NCBI GenBank assembly: GCA_017415485.1
Contig: JAFQGP010000075.1
Location: 635-64,634, forward strand
From: Clostridia bacterium
GTDB taxonomy: Bacteria; Bacillota; Clostridia; Oscillospirales; CAG-272
DNA length: 64,000 bases
Direction: 5' to 3'
Position numbers and translations under genes: made by a program. The notes beneath the pieces were generated by a model. That model worked only from the letters and a program-made list of their open reading frames with translations. It ran no database searches and was not told where the DNA came from. How positions within the stretch are numbered: the first letter of the stretch is position 1; each line of letters opens with the position of its first letter. Below are positions 52,751 to 62,967 of the stretch, one piece after another.

Positions 52751-53632
52751 ATGTCAAAGGTTATCAAAAGGAAGAAAAAAACGGGGAAGGCGTTGCTCGC
52801 GATCGCGCTTGTGATCCTTCTTACAGCCGTCATACTTCTCGGGGCTCTTGCGGGCGCCGCCTTTGTTGTTGCCAAGGGACCCGCAAAGTCGGAATCCGAT
52901 CGCCTTTGCGCTACTTTTGCAGAAAAGCGTTTCCCACTTGCGGGACTCTTTTTCAGTGCCGATGAGCTCGAAGCCTCGCTCTTCTATATGCCCCCCGCAC
53001 AGAAGAACGGCGAGATCAGCCTCTCGGAGAATTATCAAACAAAGCTTCATTATATAAATGACGCATCTTCCGCTTGGGATGCCGTTGTCATTACGGGAAT
53101 CTCACCCGATGACGTTGCTCTCGGCAAGAAAAACGACGGTGTTGCCGATGCAAAATACGCCTTTGGTCTTACGGGCGATGTTGATGCCTTTATCATCGGC
53201 GATTATATTTCCTATCGCGGCGAAGACGGCGAGATATACTGCTTCTGCGCGATGGGTGATGACGGAGTGCTTGATATTGGCGCAAAAACTCTTTATGAGG
53301 CGGCAAATTCGGGCTACCTTTGGGGTATTTCGGTCGATCGCGTGCTTATCGCGGGCGGCTCTCCCGAGAATTCTCTCGGCGGCGGTTATTCCTCGCGCGC
53401 CGCTATCGGTCAGGCGGCTGACGGCTCTCTGATCCTCATTTTTGCAAACGACCGCGGGTTCTATCCCTCGGGTATCACATATTCCGAGCTTGCTTCGCTT
53501 ATGTATGAGTATGGTGCTGTAAGTGCCGCTGCGATCCGTGCCGAGGGCGCGTTTTACGCAGACGGCATCGGTCAGCTCGGCTCGAAGAGCGAGAACGGAT
53601 TCTCTCTTGTAGTGAAGGGAGGTGCCAACTGA
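52751..53632 (+). CDS. phosphodiester glycosidase family (DUF2233/NAGPA-like) protein, membrane anchored
   Basis: Start at MSKVIKRKKK after GGAGG. The C-terminal SRAAIGQAADGSLILIFANDRG...ITYSELASLMYEYGAVSAAAI matches the family pattern. Confidence 0.65.
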   Translation: MSKVIKRKKKTGKALLAIALVILLTAVILLGALAGAAFVVAKGPAKSESDRLCATFAEKRFPLAGLFFSADELEASLFYMPPAQKNGEISLSENYQTKLHYINDASSAWDAVVITGISPDDVALGKKNDGVADAKYAFGLTGDVDAFIIGDYISYRGEDGEIYCFCAMGDDGVLDIGAKTLYEAANSGYLWGISVDRVLIAGGSPENSLGGGYSSRAAIGQAADGSLILIFANDRGFYPSGITYSELASLMYEYGAVSAAAIRAEGAFYADGIGQLGSKSENGFSLVVKGGAN

Positions 53633-55524
53633 TGTCGGAAAACAATCTTCCCAAGAATAATCCCGAAGAGATCGGTAAGGTGAAAAATATCATATCAATG
53701 TCCGAGACCTCGGGCAAGCGCGGTGACGTGAATTCCAAGATCGGCATCGGGCTTGACGCGCAGTTTGCGGGCAAGGAGAGAAGAAGGCACCCCAAGGCGA
53801 ACGCGCTTCTCAAGGGTCTGCTTGCTTATTTCAGCGCCGCAGTACTTGTAATCGGGATCCTCACCGTTGTCGCGTGGCGGCTTTTCGAGATCCGCGAGGC
53901 GGGTCGCGCCGACCTTTTTGTTGAAAATTATATCGCGGAAAAGGATATCGAGGGCTGGCGTCAGCAGCTTAGATTGAATCTGCCGAATACCTATCCCGCT
54001 TATGAGGACGCCTCAAAGTTAGCTTACGACGTTCTCTCACCCGTGCTTGAGCTCGGCGAGATCACGTATCTGCGAAGAATTACTCCCTCGGCGGAGGGAT
54101 ATCCCGTTTATGAACTCTTCTCGGACGGCACACATTTCGCCGCGCTCGTTATTTCCGACAGTTCAGTCGGTCTTTTCTCGACGGGTGAATGGCAGGCGGT
54201 GCGCGTTGAGTTTGATATTGATTTCTTTGACAGCGTCGAATTCCCCGAATACCGCGTGATCCTCCCCGCGGGCGCGTCACTCACCGTCAACGGTGCGGCG
54301 ATCGATCCCGCTATGAAGGAAAAAAAGCGAGCGACATATCCCGCGCTTTCGATAGCGGAGAAGGGGCACGATGTTGCTCCCTGCGACATCTACGTTTTCA
54401 ATGACGTGTATTTCCTCCCCGAGCTTTCCGCAACGCTTGAAGGCGCGAGCCTTGTTTGCGAGCAGATGGGCGAGGGCGAGTACTTCTTCTATTACCCCGA
54501 AAGCGCAATGCATTCGATCAGCGTCACAGTCCCCGTCGGCGTTGATGCATACGTGAGCGGAATCAAACTCACAGAGGAATGGGCAAGCCGCACGGAGATC
54601 GACGGCGAGCTTGGCGCGCTTGACGACGGCGGAACGGGAACTCTGCCACGCCTCAGCGTCTGGACGGTCGGCAACCTCTTCGGCGAGGTCGAGGTCGAGG
54701 CGAAGATTGGCAAAACCGAGGTCGCGCTGCTGTCGAACGAGGGCGGAAACTATAAGTTCGACACCCCCGCGGAGTGCAAGTATACTCTCACAGTCATCCT
54801 TCCCACGGGTGCAGAGCTTTTCGTCAACGGAAAGGCGATAGCCGCCAACGATAAAACCTCCGCGACCGCCGAGGACATTGCCTACGGTTTCACCGCGCTT
54901 GGCAGATATGAGGTCTCCGAGCTCGGAGTTATCGAGGGCGGAGTGCCGAATTTCGATAAATACACCCTCACGGGTTATCTTGCCGAGCCGAACGTGACCG
55001 CAAAGCTTGGCGGCGTTGAGTTGCCGCTTGCGGGCAAGAGCGTTTCGGGCTACAAAATGAGATGCGATTTTGATTACACCGCGGGCGACGTTTTCGATGC
55101 CGAGCGCATTGCGGCGGCTGAAAAGTTTGCCGAAAGCTATCTCGCATATATCTGCGGCGGCGGTGCTTGGCAGGATCCCGCCAACGAAAAGGCTTTCAAC
55201 GATAATTACAACGCTATCAAGGCGCAGATGATCGAGGGCACGGCTGGCTACGTCGGCGTGATGGAATCCTACCGCGACGTCAACCTGATGCCGAAGTACG
55301 ATTCCTTCACCGTCGATTCAAAGACCGCGACCGATCTTGTCGCATACACCGAAAAGAGCCTCTCCTGCCGCGTTGAATTCAGCGTAACGCGCACGAGAAC
55401 GGTTGAAGGCGTACAGCAGACAGATACACTCACCGGCAGCATCAGCGTTCTGCAGGTCCTCTACAAGGGCGAATGGCGAGTTTGGAGCTTTGTGTATTCT
55501 CCTGCGGAGAACAGTGGTCAGTGA
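53632..55524 (+). CDS. large membrane-anchored hypothetical protein
   Basis: ATGA-type overlap with the preceding gene. One TM segment (LLAYFSAAVLVIGILTVVAW). The 550-aa extracytoplasmic part has no recognised motif. Confidence 0.55.
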   Translation: MSENNLPKNNPEEIGKVKNIISMSETSGKRGDVNSKIGIGLDAQFAGKERRRHPKANALLKGLLAYFSAAVLVIGILTVVAWRLFEIREAGRADLFVENYIAEKDIEGWRQQLRLNLPNTYPAYEDASKLAYDVLSPVLELGEITYLRRITPSAEGYPVYELFSDGTHFAALVISDSSVGLFSTGEWQAVRVEFDIDFFDSVEFPEYRVILPAGASLTVNGAAIDPAMKEKKRATYPALSIAEKGHDVAPCDIYVFNDVYFLPELSATLEGASLVCEQMGEGEYFFYYPESAMHSISVTVPVGVDAYVSGIKLTEEWASRTEIDGELGALDDGGTGTLPRLSVWTVGNLFGEVEVEAKIGKTEVALLSNEGGNYKFDTPAECKYTLTVILPTGAELFVNGKAIAANDKTSATAEDIAYGFTALGRYEVSELGVIEGGVPNFDKYTLTGYLAEPNVTAKLGGVELPLAGKSVSGYKMRCDFDYTAGDVFDAERIAAAEKFAESYLAYICGGGAWQDPANEKAFNDNYNAIKAQMIEGTAGYVGVMESYRDVNLMPKYDSFTVDSKTATDLVAYTEKSLSCRVEFSVTRTRTVEGVQQTDTLTGSISVLQVLYKGEWRVWSFVYSPAENSGQ

Positions 55525-55748
55525 TTAGTGGTCAGTGGACAGAAAGAAGCGGTTTTTGTTTAACATAACCAAAACCGAATAATCAAAATTGTGCAATAAT
55601 ACAAAATAGCAAGTCAGGAAAAAGTATTTCTTGACTTGCTTTTTTGTTTATGATAAAATAAAATTAGGGTAATTTTTATAAAAAGTGTAACCAAAGTGGT
55701 TTTTTCGTGTCTATATAAGTAGAGGTAACCGAAAAGGAGGTAAAGTCT

Positions 55749-57182
55749 ATGAAAAAATTAATATCTACGATCCTCGTCCTCACCTTTGTTTTAGCTGCCT
55801 TGAGTGCACTTACGCCAAGCATTTCGGCAAAGAGCGCGACGATCAGCGAGAGGGAAGCAAGAGAATTGGTGGAAAGAGCATATCAGTTTTTCTGTGATGC
55901 CAGAGTAGATGACTGGGACGATAATCTTGTTGATTACAAATCCGAGGATATTTGTGAGATTTATATCTCGCATATTGACGAAACGCTGATTTACAGACCG
56001 GTAGATGAGTCCAAGCTTCCCGGCGGATCGTATTCCGCAATGCGCGAGGCGGCGAAAGAAATCTATACCGAGAAAATCGCGGAACTCGCTTATCAGTTCT
56101 CGGGCTCAAGTCCGGGCGGTGTGACCCATAATTTGCCTATGTATCATATTGCGGAAAGCGGAAAGGTTTACGGATACGGGCTTCAAGAGAATTCTTCACA
56201 TAATTTATATATTTATACACCGAGCCTTCAATACAATAGATCTTCCGAAGGAGAGGTTCAGCTGAGTATTATTTCGGGAGACTCAAAAAGTGCGACTGCG
56301 CTCATAACAATGAGCTTTTATTGGGCGGACGGTCCACGTTCTTCATTCTGTGAAGCAGTAGAATGCAAATTTGAAAAAACAGCGCGCGGTTGGAGAATTG
56401 CGGAATCCGAATTCAGTTTACTTTTGTCTTCGTCCAAAACCGCACTTGATGATTACCGCAAGGCTAATCCCGAAAAAGTCAATCCCGAGGTCCTGAAGCT
56501 TACGGATGCCGAGGCAAAGGATACCATTGACGAAACTGTAATGGATTATATGATCGAAATGTATTGCGGTTACTACGAAAGCTATCTTGATTACGTAAAG
56601 CACGAACAGAAGGAAGCCCAGGAGATAGTAAAAGAGATCACAGCCTCCGATGGCTCAAAGCGCACTATGAGGTATGTTGAGTATTTACCGAATATAGGTA
56701 TAGATGATATTGGATGGGCTTATTTTACCGACGAGTTTTACAAGATGGTTTTAACTCAAGCGTATCACGACAATTCGTTTGATATGTTCATAACCGAAGG
56801 GGATATAACTTATATGGCTGTGATCGAGGGGGCGGAAGCGCTTTCGTTTGTGTATGATCCTAATGATGTTGTTGTCCGCGTTATTGAATCCACAGATAAA
56901 GAAGCAACAGCGTATGTTTATTGCGGCTTGAAAAAGGACGGCAAGGTTGTTCCGATATACGTTGAATGCAAATTTGAAAAGGATGAAAGAAATTCGCGAT
57001 GGTATATTGCAGACTCTTCATTTGTCGATATGCTGACCTCGGCTGACGAATTTGAGTATACCGTCGCCGAAGCACCCAAAACCGGTGATGCGGCATATAA
57101 TACCATCGCCCTCTGCCTCGGCGGAATTGCCATAATTATGTCGGCGATCTGCCTTGTACGCCGCAAAAGAGAGATACTTTAA
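55749..57182 (+). CDS. secreted, sortase-anchored protein, paralog 1 of 4 (two-module form), function unknown
   Basis: Signal peptide ..SISAKS. Two modules, each ending ECKFEK..(G)W(R/Y)IA(E/D)S.F. C-terminal EAPKTGD + hydrophobic stretch + RRKREIL. Confidence 0.85.
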   Translation: MKKLISTILVLTFVLAALSALTPSISAKSATISEREARELVERAYQFFCDARVDDWDDNLVDYKSEDICEIYISHIDETLIYRPVDESKLPGGSYSAMREAAKEIYTEKIAELAYQFSGSSPGGVTHNLPMYHIAESGKVYGYGLQENSSHNLYIYTPSLQYNRSSEGEVQLSIISGDSKSATALITMSFYWADGPRSSFCEAVECKFEKTARGWRIAESEFSLLLSSSKTALDDYRKANPEKVNPEVLKLTDAEAKDTIDETVMDYMIEMYCGYYESYLDYVKHEQKEAQEIVKEITASDGSKRTMRYVEYLPNIGIDDIGWAYFTDEFYKMVLTQAYHDNSFDMFITEGDITYMAVIEGAEALSFVYDPNDVVVRVIESTDKEATAYVYCGLKKDGKVVPIYVECKFEKDERNSRWYIADSSFVDMLTSADEFEYTVAEAPKTGDAAYNTIALCLGGIAIIMSAICLVRRKREIL

Positions 57183-57209
57183 TTTTTATCAAGAAAGGAC
57201 GGTAAAACG

Positions 57210-58676
57210 ATGAAAAAGATTTTATCAATTATTTTAGCCCTCACCTTCTGCTTTGCCGCCTTTTCGGCACTCGCACCAAGTGCCTCGGCAAAGAGCGCGA
57301 CGATCAGCGAGAGAGAAGCGAAAGAATTGGTGGCAAAGGCATATGAATTCTACTGTGATGCCATTGTTGACAGTTGGATAGATAACGGTAATCTTGTTGA
57401 CTATCAGTCGGACGATGCCTTTAACATTTACAATTCGGAGCTTGACAGAACTTTACTTTATTACCCCGTATATGAATCAAAGCTTCCCGGAGGCTCGTAT
57501 TCCGAGATGCGCGAGGTCGTTAAAGAGATATATACCGATGATCTTGTTGCCGACGATCGCCAGATCTCGGCATATTCATGGCGAAAGGATTCCGATGATT
57601 CGTACTTGAACGATAATATTTTTGTGCCGATTTACCACGTTGCAGAAAACGGCAAGGTTTACGCACAAGGGCTTAAAGACTATGCGGATTACAGCGTATT
57701 TATTTCCGCAACTGATCCCGGTTATTTTTATGAATCGTTCGATGGAGAAATACATCTGAAAATAAAATCGGGTGACTCAAAAAGCGCAACCGCGTTTATT
57801 ATCATGGGTTTTTATCACGGTGACAGTGCCCGTTCGCAGTATCACGGAACTGTTGAATGTAAATTTGAAAATACAGCGGACGGATGGCGGATAGCAGAAT
57901 CAGAATTCAGCGTTTTGATGGCGTCATCTCCGCTTGGACTTTCTGTCTATCGCCAACTTAACCCCGAAGAAACCGATCCGGATGTTTACAAGCTTACCGA
58001 TTTCGAGGCAAAGTATATTGTTGACGGTTATATAGCCGATTACATATTGGAAAGGTATTGCAATTATTATCAGAATTACGTTGATTATGCCAAGAGCTCA
58101 CAAAAAGAAGTTAAAGAAATCGTAAAAGAGATCACAGCTTCCGACGGTTCCAAGCACACGATGAGGTACGTGGAATATCAGCCGGGGATTTATTTCCTTG
58201 ATGATGCATGGGAATATTATCTGGATAATGATTTCGTCAAAGAACACGTGCTGAAAGCATATCGGGACAATGAATTTGATATGTTTATCACTGAAGGCGG
58301 TACAGAATATATAGCTGTACTTGATGAGGACGATCTTTTGTTTGTGTATGACCGCGATAAGGCATTGGTAGAGGTTATCGAATCTACCGATACAGAAGCC
58401 ACCGCGCGCGTATATTGCGGCCTCAAAAAGGACGGCAAGGTTATTCCGATATATGTTGAATGTAAATTTGAAAGATTCGACACCCTTATCCAATGGAATC
58501 TTGCTGATTCCGCGTTCGTAGATATGGTGACCTCTGTTGACGGATTTGAATACACCGTTGGCGAAGCACCTCCCACGGGCGACAACGCATTTGACACCAT
58601 CGCCCTCTGCCTCGGCGGAATTGCAATAATTATGTCGGCGATCTGCCTTGTTTGCCGCAAAAGAGAGATACTTTAA
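57210..58676 (+). CDS. secreted, sortase-anchored protein, paralog 2 of 4 (two-module form)
   Basis: Same architecture. C-terminal EAPPTGD...CRKREIL. The 27-bp junction with its RBS is shared with genes 3 and 4. Confidence 0.85.
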   Translation: MKKILSIILALTFCFAAFSALAPSASAKSATISEREAKELVAKAYEFYCDAIVDSWIDNGNLVDYQSDDAFNIYNSELDRTLLYYPVYESKLPGGSYSEMREVVKEIYTDDLVADDRQISAYSWRKDSDDSYLNDNIFVPIYHVAENGKVYAQGLKDYADYSVFISATDPGYFYESFDGEIHLKIKSGDSKSATAFIIMGFYHGDSARSQYHGTVECKFENTADGWRIAESEFSVLMASSPLGLSVYRQLNPEETDPDVYKLTDFEAKYIVDGYIADYILERYCNYYQNYVDYAKSSQKEVKEIVKEITASDGSKHTMRYVEYQPGIYFLDDAWEYYLDNDFVKEHVLKAYRDNEFDMFITEGGTEYIAVLDEDDLLFVYDRDKALVEVIESTDTEATARVYCGLKKDGKVIPIYVECKFERFDTLIQWNLADSAFVDMVTSVDGFEYTVGEAPPTGDNAFDTIALCLGGIAIIMSAICLVCRKREIL

Positions 58677-58703
58677 TTTTTACCAAGAAAGGACGGTAAA
58701 ACA

Positions 58704-59951
58704 ATGAAAAAGTTTTTATCATTCATTTTAGCTCTTACTTTCTGCTTTGCCGCCTTTTCGGCATTCGCGCCGAGTGTTTCGGCTAAAAGCGAGACGATCA
58801 GCGAAAGTGAAGCGAAGGACTTGATAGTAAAGGCGTATGAATTCTGCCGGAATGTCAGAGCGGGAGAATCCCGTATTCACGAAAATTCGGAAGAATATAG
58901 AATAGAGGTGAAATTCGGCGAAAAATATTCGGAACGGGAATATTATTGGCTTGCCAAAGAGGAAAATCTTCCCGGCGGATCGTATGAAAAAATGTGCGAA
59001 TACGTCGAGACTATCTATACCAAAGAGGCTGCTCCGACGGCATATGCTTACAAGCTGGATGGTACTGTGAATCCGAGCGATAATATGTGGGATGGTCTTT
59101 ATCCGCTGTTCTACAGAAACGAGAACGGTGTTTTATATGCTTCCACCAGCTACTTGAATTATCGAGGCGCGTATCTTTTTCCCGATGCGGAGGGCGTTGA
59201 ATTTGAAATAGTATCGGGAGATTCAGATACGGCAAAAGCTAATGTATCCGTAAAATTCTTTCACGGCGACGGTCCGAGACCTTATACCTACGACATTGTC
59301 GAATGTCTGTTTGAAAACACCCCCGACGGTTGGAGAATTGCGGAGTCGGAATTCAGCATTATAATGGCGACCCAAAAGGCATATTTCGATGATTACCGCG
59401 CAAAAAATCCCGATGCGGCGAATCCTTCGGGTGGAGGACTTTTGGTTGCCGACGTTGAGGAAATACTGCGCGCCGTGATCGGTGGTTTGAATTACAATAT
59501 CGACAAATACGAATATTATGAATTCTGCACGGAGCGGGCGGTTGAAAAATTATCCTCGGGATGCAAGGCTGTATCTGAAAAGGTAGGGGATGAGTATCAT
59601 GTCACAGTGAACGGTGTATTTCCAATAGCATTTGTTTACGATCCGGGCAATACTCGAATTGCGATAGCTGAATCTACGGATAAGGAAGCGAGCGTGGCTA
59701 TTTGGTTGGGCTTGAAATACGGAAACACATCTTATCCCACCGGAATCGTGTGCGAATTCAAAAAGGGACATTCCTTGTGGATGCTTGACGATTGTGAATT
59801 TGTCGATATGTTGATAACAGGAGAGGGCTTTGATGGCGAAGCACCTGTGACCGGTGACAACGCATACGATACCATCGCCCTCTGCCTTGGCGGAATTGCA
59901 ATAATTATATCGGCGATCTGCCTTGCTCGCCGCAAAAGAGAGATACTTTAA
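58704..59951 (+). CDS. secreted, sortase-anchored protein, paralog 3 of 4 (divergent second module)
   Basis: Same signal peptide and first module (..VECLFENTPDGWRIAESEF). C-terminal EAPVTGD...RRKREIL. Confidence 0.85.
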   Translation: MKKFLSFILALTFCFAAFSAFAPSVSAKSETISESEAKDLIVKAYEFCRNVRAGESRIHENSEEYRIEVKFGEKYSEREYYWLAKEENLPGGSYEKMCEYVETIYTKEAAPTAYAYKLDGTVNPSDNMWDGLYPLFYRNENGVLYASTSYLNYRGAYLFPDAEGVEFEIVSGDSDTAKANVSVKFFHGDGPRPYTYDIVECLFENTPDGWRIAESEFSIIMATQKAYFDDYRAKNPDAANPSGGGLLVADVEEILRAVIGGLNYNIDKYEYYEFCTERAVEKLSSGCKAVSEKVGDEYHVTVNGVFPIAFVYDPGNTRIAIAESTDKEASVAIWLGLKYGNTSYPTGIVCEFKKGHSLWMLDDCEFVDMLITGEGFDGEAPVTGDNAYDTIALCLGGIAIIISAICLARRKREIL

Positions 59952-59978
59952 TTTTTACCAAGAAAGGACGGTAAAACG

Positions 59979-60770
59979 ATGAAAAAGATTTTATCATTAA
60001 TTTTAGCCCTCACCTTCTGCTTTGGCGCTTTTTCAGCATTAGCGCCGAGCGTTTTGGCTGCCGATGCGGAGTTTACACAGAAAGATGCAAAAGCTCTGAT
60101 CGATGCGGCGGTTGCATCGAGGGAGAAGCTATCAAATAATTATTATAGAAATTATATGAGTTACGCCCAAGCTCCTGAGAGTCTTGGCTATGATCACGAT
60201 TGGCTCGAGAGGTTGGTTTGGGTTGAGGGAAGGGAAGAACTTTATCTAACCTTGATGGAGCATTTGCTCCCCGGCGGTTCATATGAAGGCTTCCTTGATG
60301 ATACTCATGGCATTTTTACTGACGCGGTTTCCGAGCGTTATTGCTCGAAGTATTATTACAATAATAGTTTTGAGCTTTTTATTATGAGTGAACACTACGG
60401 CTATAGGATGATTACTGCACATGACACGATGGTACACCTCGGATTTTATTACGTTCCCGAAAACGGAGTAGTTAAACTTACCGAGGTAACGGACGACCGC
60501 GCGAAAGCTTTGGTCTATTGTCAAAAAGCAATCGAACCGGAAAATATTGATATAGTTGTCGAGTGTGTATTTGAAAAGACCGCGGATGGTTGGCGTATTG
60601 CTGATTCCGATTTTGCCGATATGTTATGCTCTTACAGTGATTATAGCTATACTGTTTGCGAAGCACCTTCAACCGGTGACAATGCATTCGACACCATCGC
60701 CCTCTGTCTCTGCGGGATGGTGGTTGCACTCGCAGTCCTCGGAAGTATGCGAAGAAAACGCGAAGAATAA
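59979..60770 (+). CDS. secreted, sortase-anchored protein, paralog 4 of 4 (single-module form)
   Basis: One module ending VECVFEKTADGWRIADSDF. C-terminal EAPSTGD...RRKREE. Confidence 0.85.
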   Translation: MKKILSLILALTFCFGAFSALAPSVLAADAEFTQKDAKALIDAAVASREKLSNNYYRNYMSYAQAPESLGYDHDWLERLVWVEGREELYLTLMEHLLPGGSYEGFLDDTHGIFTDAVSERYCSKYYYNNSFELFIMSEHYGYRMITAHDTMVHLGFYYVPENGVVKLTEVTDDRAKALVYCQKAIEPENIDIVVECVFEKTADGWRIADSDFADMLCSYSDYSYTVCEAPSTGDNAFDTIALCLCGMVVALAVLGSMRRKREE

Positions 60771-60852
60771 TTTATCAAAGGAGCAAGTCTGCGGATTTGC
60801 TCCTTTTGCGTGCGAGAGTTATGTGAGGATTAAGTTAAAGTAAAGTACGTGT

Positions 60853-60997
60853 CTGTAGGGGACGGCGCCTCGACGTCCCGAGCCAAATTAAATTATTGCT
60901 GTGCATTGAATCAAGAACATAACATTATATTTTCTGAATTTAATCAACGCAATAATATCGTGCTGTCGCGGGACGTCGAGGGCGCCGTCCCCTACGG
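60853..60997. repeat. long hairpin/inverted repeat: GC-rich arms of 28 and 29 nt around an AT-rich 88-bp centre
   Basis: CTGTAGGGGACGGCGCCTCGACGTCCCG (60853-60880) versus CGGGACGTCGAGGGCGCCGTCCCCTACGG (60969-60997). One indel between the arms. Confidence 0.8.
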
Positions 60998-61146
60998 TTT
61001 TGCGGTATAATTACGTTAATCGCAATATTTGTCCAATAAACGCCCATAAATGACTTGCCTAAAAGCATATTTTGTCTTATAATGTTATGTGTATAGGTAT
61101 ATTATGCCTAAAACCAAAAAATCCACGAAAACGTGAGGCAAAGACT

Positions 61147-62220
61147 ATGAGCGAAGTTAAAAACGTACAGAAAACAGGCTGCGCCGTCATCGGCTACGGC
61201 GGAATGGGCGGCTGGCACACCAGATATATTCTTGAGAGTGACGTGGCGTACCTTTGCGGTATCTACGACATCAATCCCGTGAAGGTCGAGCTTGCAAAGA
61301 CCAACGGTATCCGCGCGTATGCAACACTCGAGGAGCTTCTTGCGGATGACGAGATCAAGTTCGTTACCATTGCAACTCCCAACGAGGTCCACGCCGAGAT
61401 CGCCATCAAGGCTCTCCGCGCGGGCAAGCACGTTATCACCGAAAAGCCCGTTGTTCTCAACTCGAAGGAGCTTGAGGAAGTCATCGCCGTTGCAAACGAG
61501 TGCGGCAGGCTCTTCACCGTTCACCAGAACCGCCGTTGGGACATCGACTTCCGTATGATGCGCGAGGCTTATCTTTCGGGCAAGCTTGGCAAGGTTTTCT
61601 CCTGTGAATCGAGGATCCACGGCTCGCGCGGCGTTCCCGGCGACTGGAGAGGCAAGCCCGAGCACGGCGGCGGAATGATCTATGACTGGGGCGTTCACCT
61701 CATCGACCAGATGCTTCTCATCTTCGAGGACAAGAAGATCAAGCAGGTGCGTTGCCTCTGCGAACATATCACCAACAAGGAAGTTGACGACGGCTTCAAG
61801 CTCGACATCATCTTCGAGGACGACACCGTCGGTCACATCGAGGTCGGCACTCACCACTTCATCTCGCTTCCCAGATTCTATATGACCGGTACCGCAGGCG
61901 CGGCTATCATCAACGATTGGCGCGACCGCACTCGTGTTATTTCCTGCAAGACCGTTGAGGAGGGCGAAGTCAAGCCCGTCGTCACCGCCGCAGGTATGAC
62001 CAAGACCATGGCTCCCCGCGCCGAGGACACTCTCGAGGAGAGCTACATAGAACGTATGGACTCCGACGTTCACGATTACTACCGCAACTTCACCGCAGCT
62101 ATCCGCGGCGAGGCAGAGCAGATCGTCAAGCACAACCAGATGCGCCGCGTTCTCCGCGTCATCGAGGCTGCATTCGAGTCTGATAAGCTCGGCAAGACTG
62201 TTGATTTTGAGGAAGTATAA
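61147..62220 (+). CDS. Gfo/Idh/MocA-family oxidoreductase
   Basis: Start at MSEVKNVQKTG. GCAVIGYGGMGGWH Rossmann motif and TEKP motif. Confidence 0.85.
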   Translation: MSEVKNVQKTGCAVIGYGGMGGWHTRYILESDVAYLCGIYDINPVKVELAKTNGIRAYATLEELLADDEIKFVTIATPNEVHAEIAIKALRAGKHVITEKPVVLNSKELEEVIAVANECGRLFTVHQNRRWDIDFRMMREAYLSGKLGKVFSCESRIHGSRGVPGDWRGKPEHGGGMIYDWGVHLIDQMLLIFEDKKIKQVRCLCEHITNKEVDDGFKLDIIFEDDTVGHIEVGTHHFISLPRFYMTGTAGAAIINDWRDRTRVISCKTVEEGEVKPVVTAAGMTKTMAPRAEDTLEESYIERMDSDVHDYYRNFTAAIRGEAEQIVKHNQMRRVLRVIEAAFESDKLGKTVDFEEV

Positions 62221-62222
62221 GA

Positions 62223-62849
62223 ATGACTTACCTTTTCGATTTTGACGGCACTCTCGTTGATTCGATGCCGACCTATGCCTCGCAGATGCTCCGCATTCTC
62301 GAGGAAACCGGCACACCTTATCCCGATGACGTAATAAAGATCATCACCCCCCTCGGCTACATCGGCACGGCGAAGTATTACCTCGAGCTCGGTATGCCTC
62401 TCACCTTTGAGGAGATCACCAAGCGTATGGGTGATTATATGTACGAGCAGTATGCGAACAATATCCCCGCAAAGGAAACCGTTCGCGAAACTCTCCTTGC
62501 CCTCCGTGCGCGTGGCGACAGCATCAACGTGCTGACTGCAAGCCCGCATCTGACACTCGATCCCTGCCTCAAGCGCCTCGGACTTTTCGATCTTTTCGAC
62601 AACGTTTGGTCCTGCAACGATTTCGATATGACCAAAGCCGACCCGCAGATCTACGTCGAGGCTGCAAAGCGACTCGGCAAGAGCGTCGAAGAAGTCACCT
62701 TCCTCGACGATAACCTCGGCGCCTGTCGTACCGCAAAGATCGCAGGTATGAAAGTCTACGGCGTCTACGACGATTCCTCGAAGGAATACACAAACGAAAT
62801 GAGCAGCGAATTTGACGGGTATATCGTCAAATTCAGCGAGCTGCTTTAA
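62223..62849 (+). CDS. HAD-superfamily hydrolase
   Basis: MTYLFDFDGTLVDS (DxDGT motif I), LTAS (motif II region) and FLDDN (motif IV). Confidence 0.85.
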   Translation: MTYLFDFDGTLVDSMPTYASQMLRILEETGTPYPDDVIKIITPLGYIGTAKYYLELGMPLTFEEITKRMGDYMYEQYANNIPAKETVRETLLALRARGDSINVLTASPHLTLDPCLKRLGLFDLFDNVWSCNDFDMTKADPQIYVEAAKRLGKSVEEVTFLDDNLGACRTAKIAGMKVYGVYDDSSKEYTNEMSSEFDGYIVKFSELL

Positions 62850-62967
62850 TAACGGAAAGTTTTTGAGGTTGCTTAAAGGGAAGGGCAAGACTGTCTAAAC
62901 AGTCAACGATCCCACAGTATGGGAGATGATGTACTTCGGCTACGCTTGCGAGGATGAAAAATACAGG

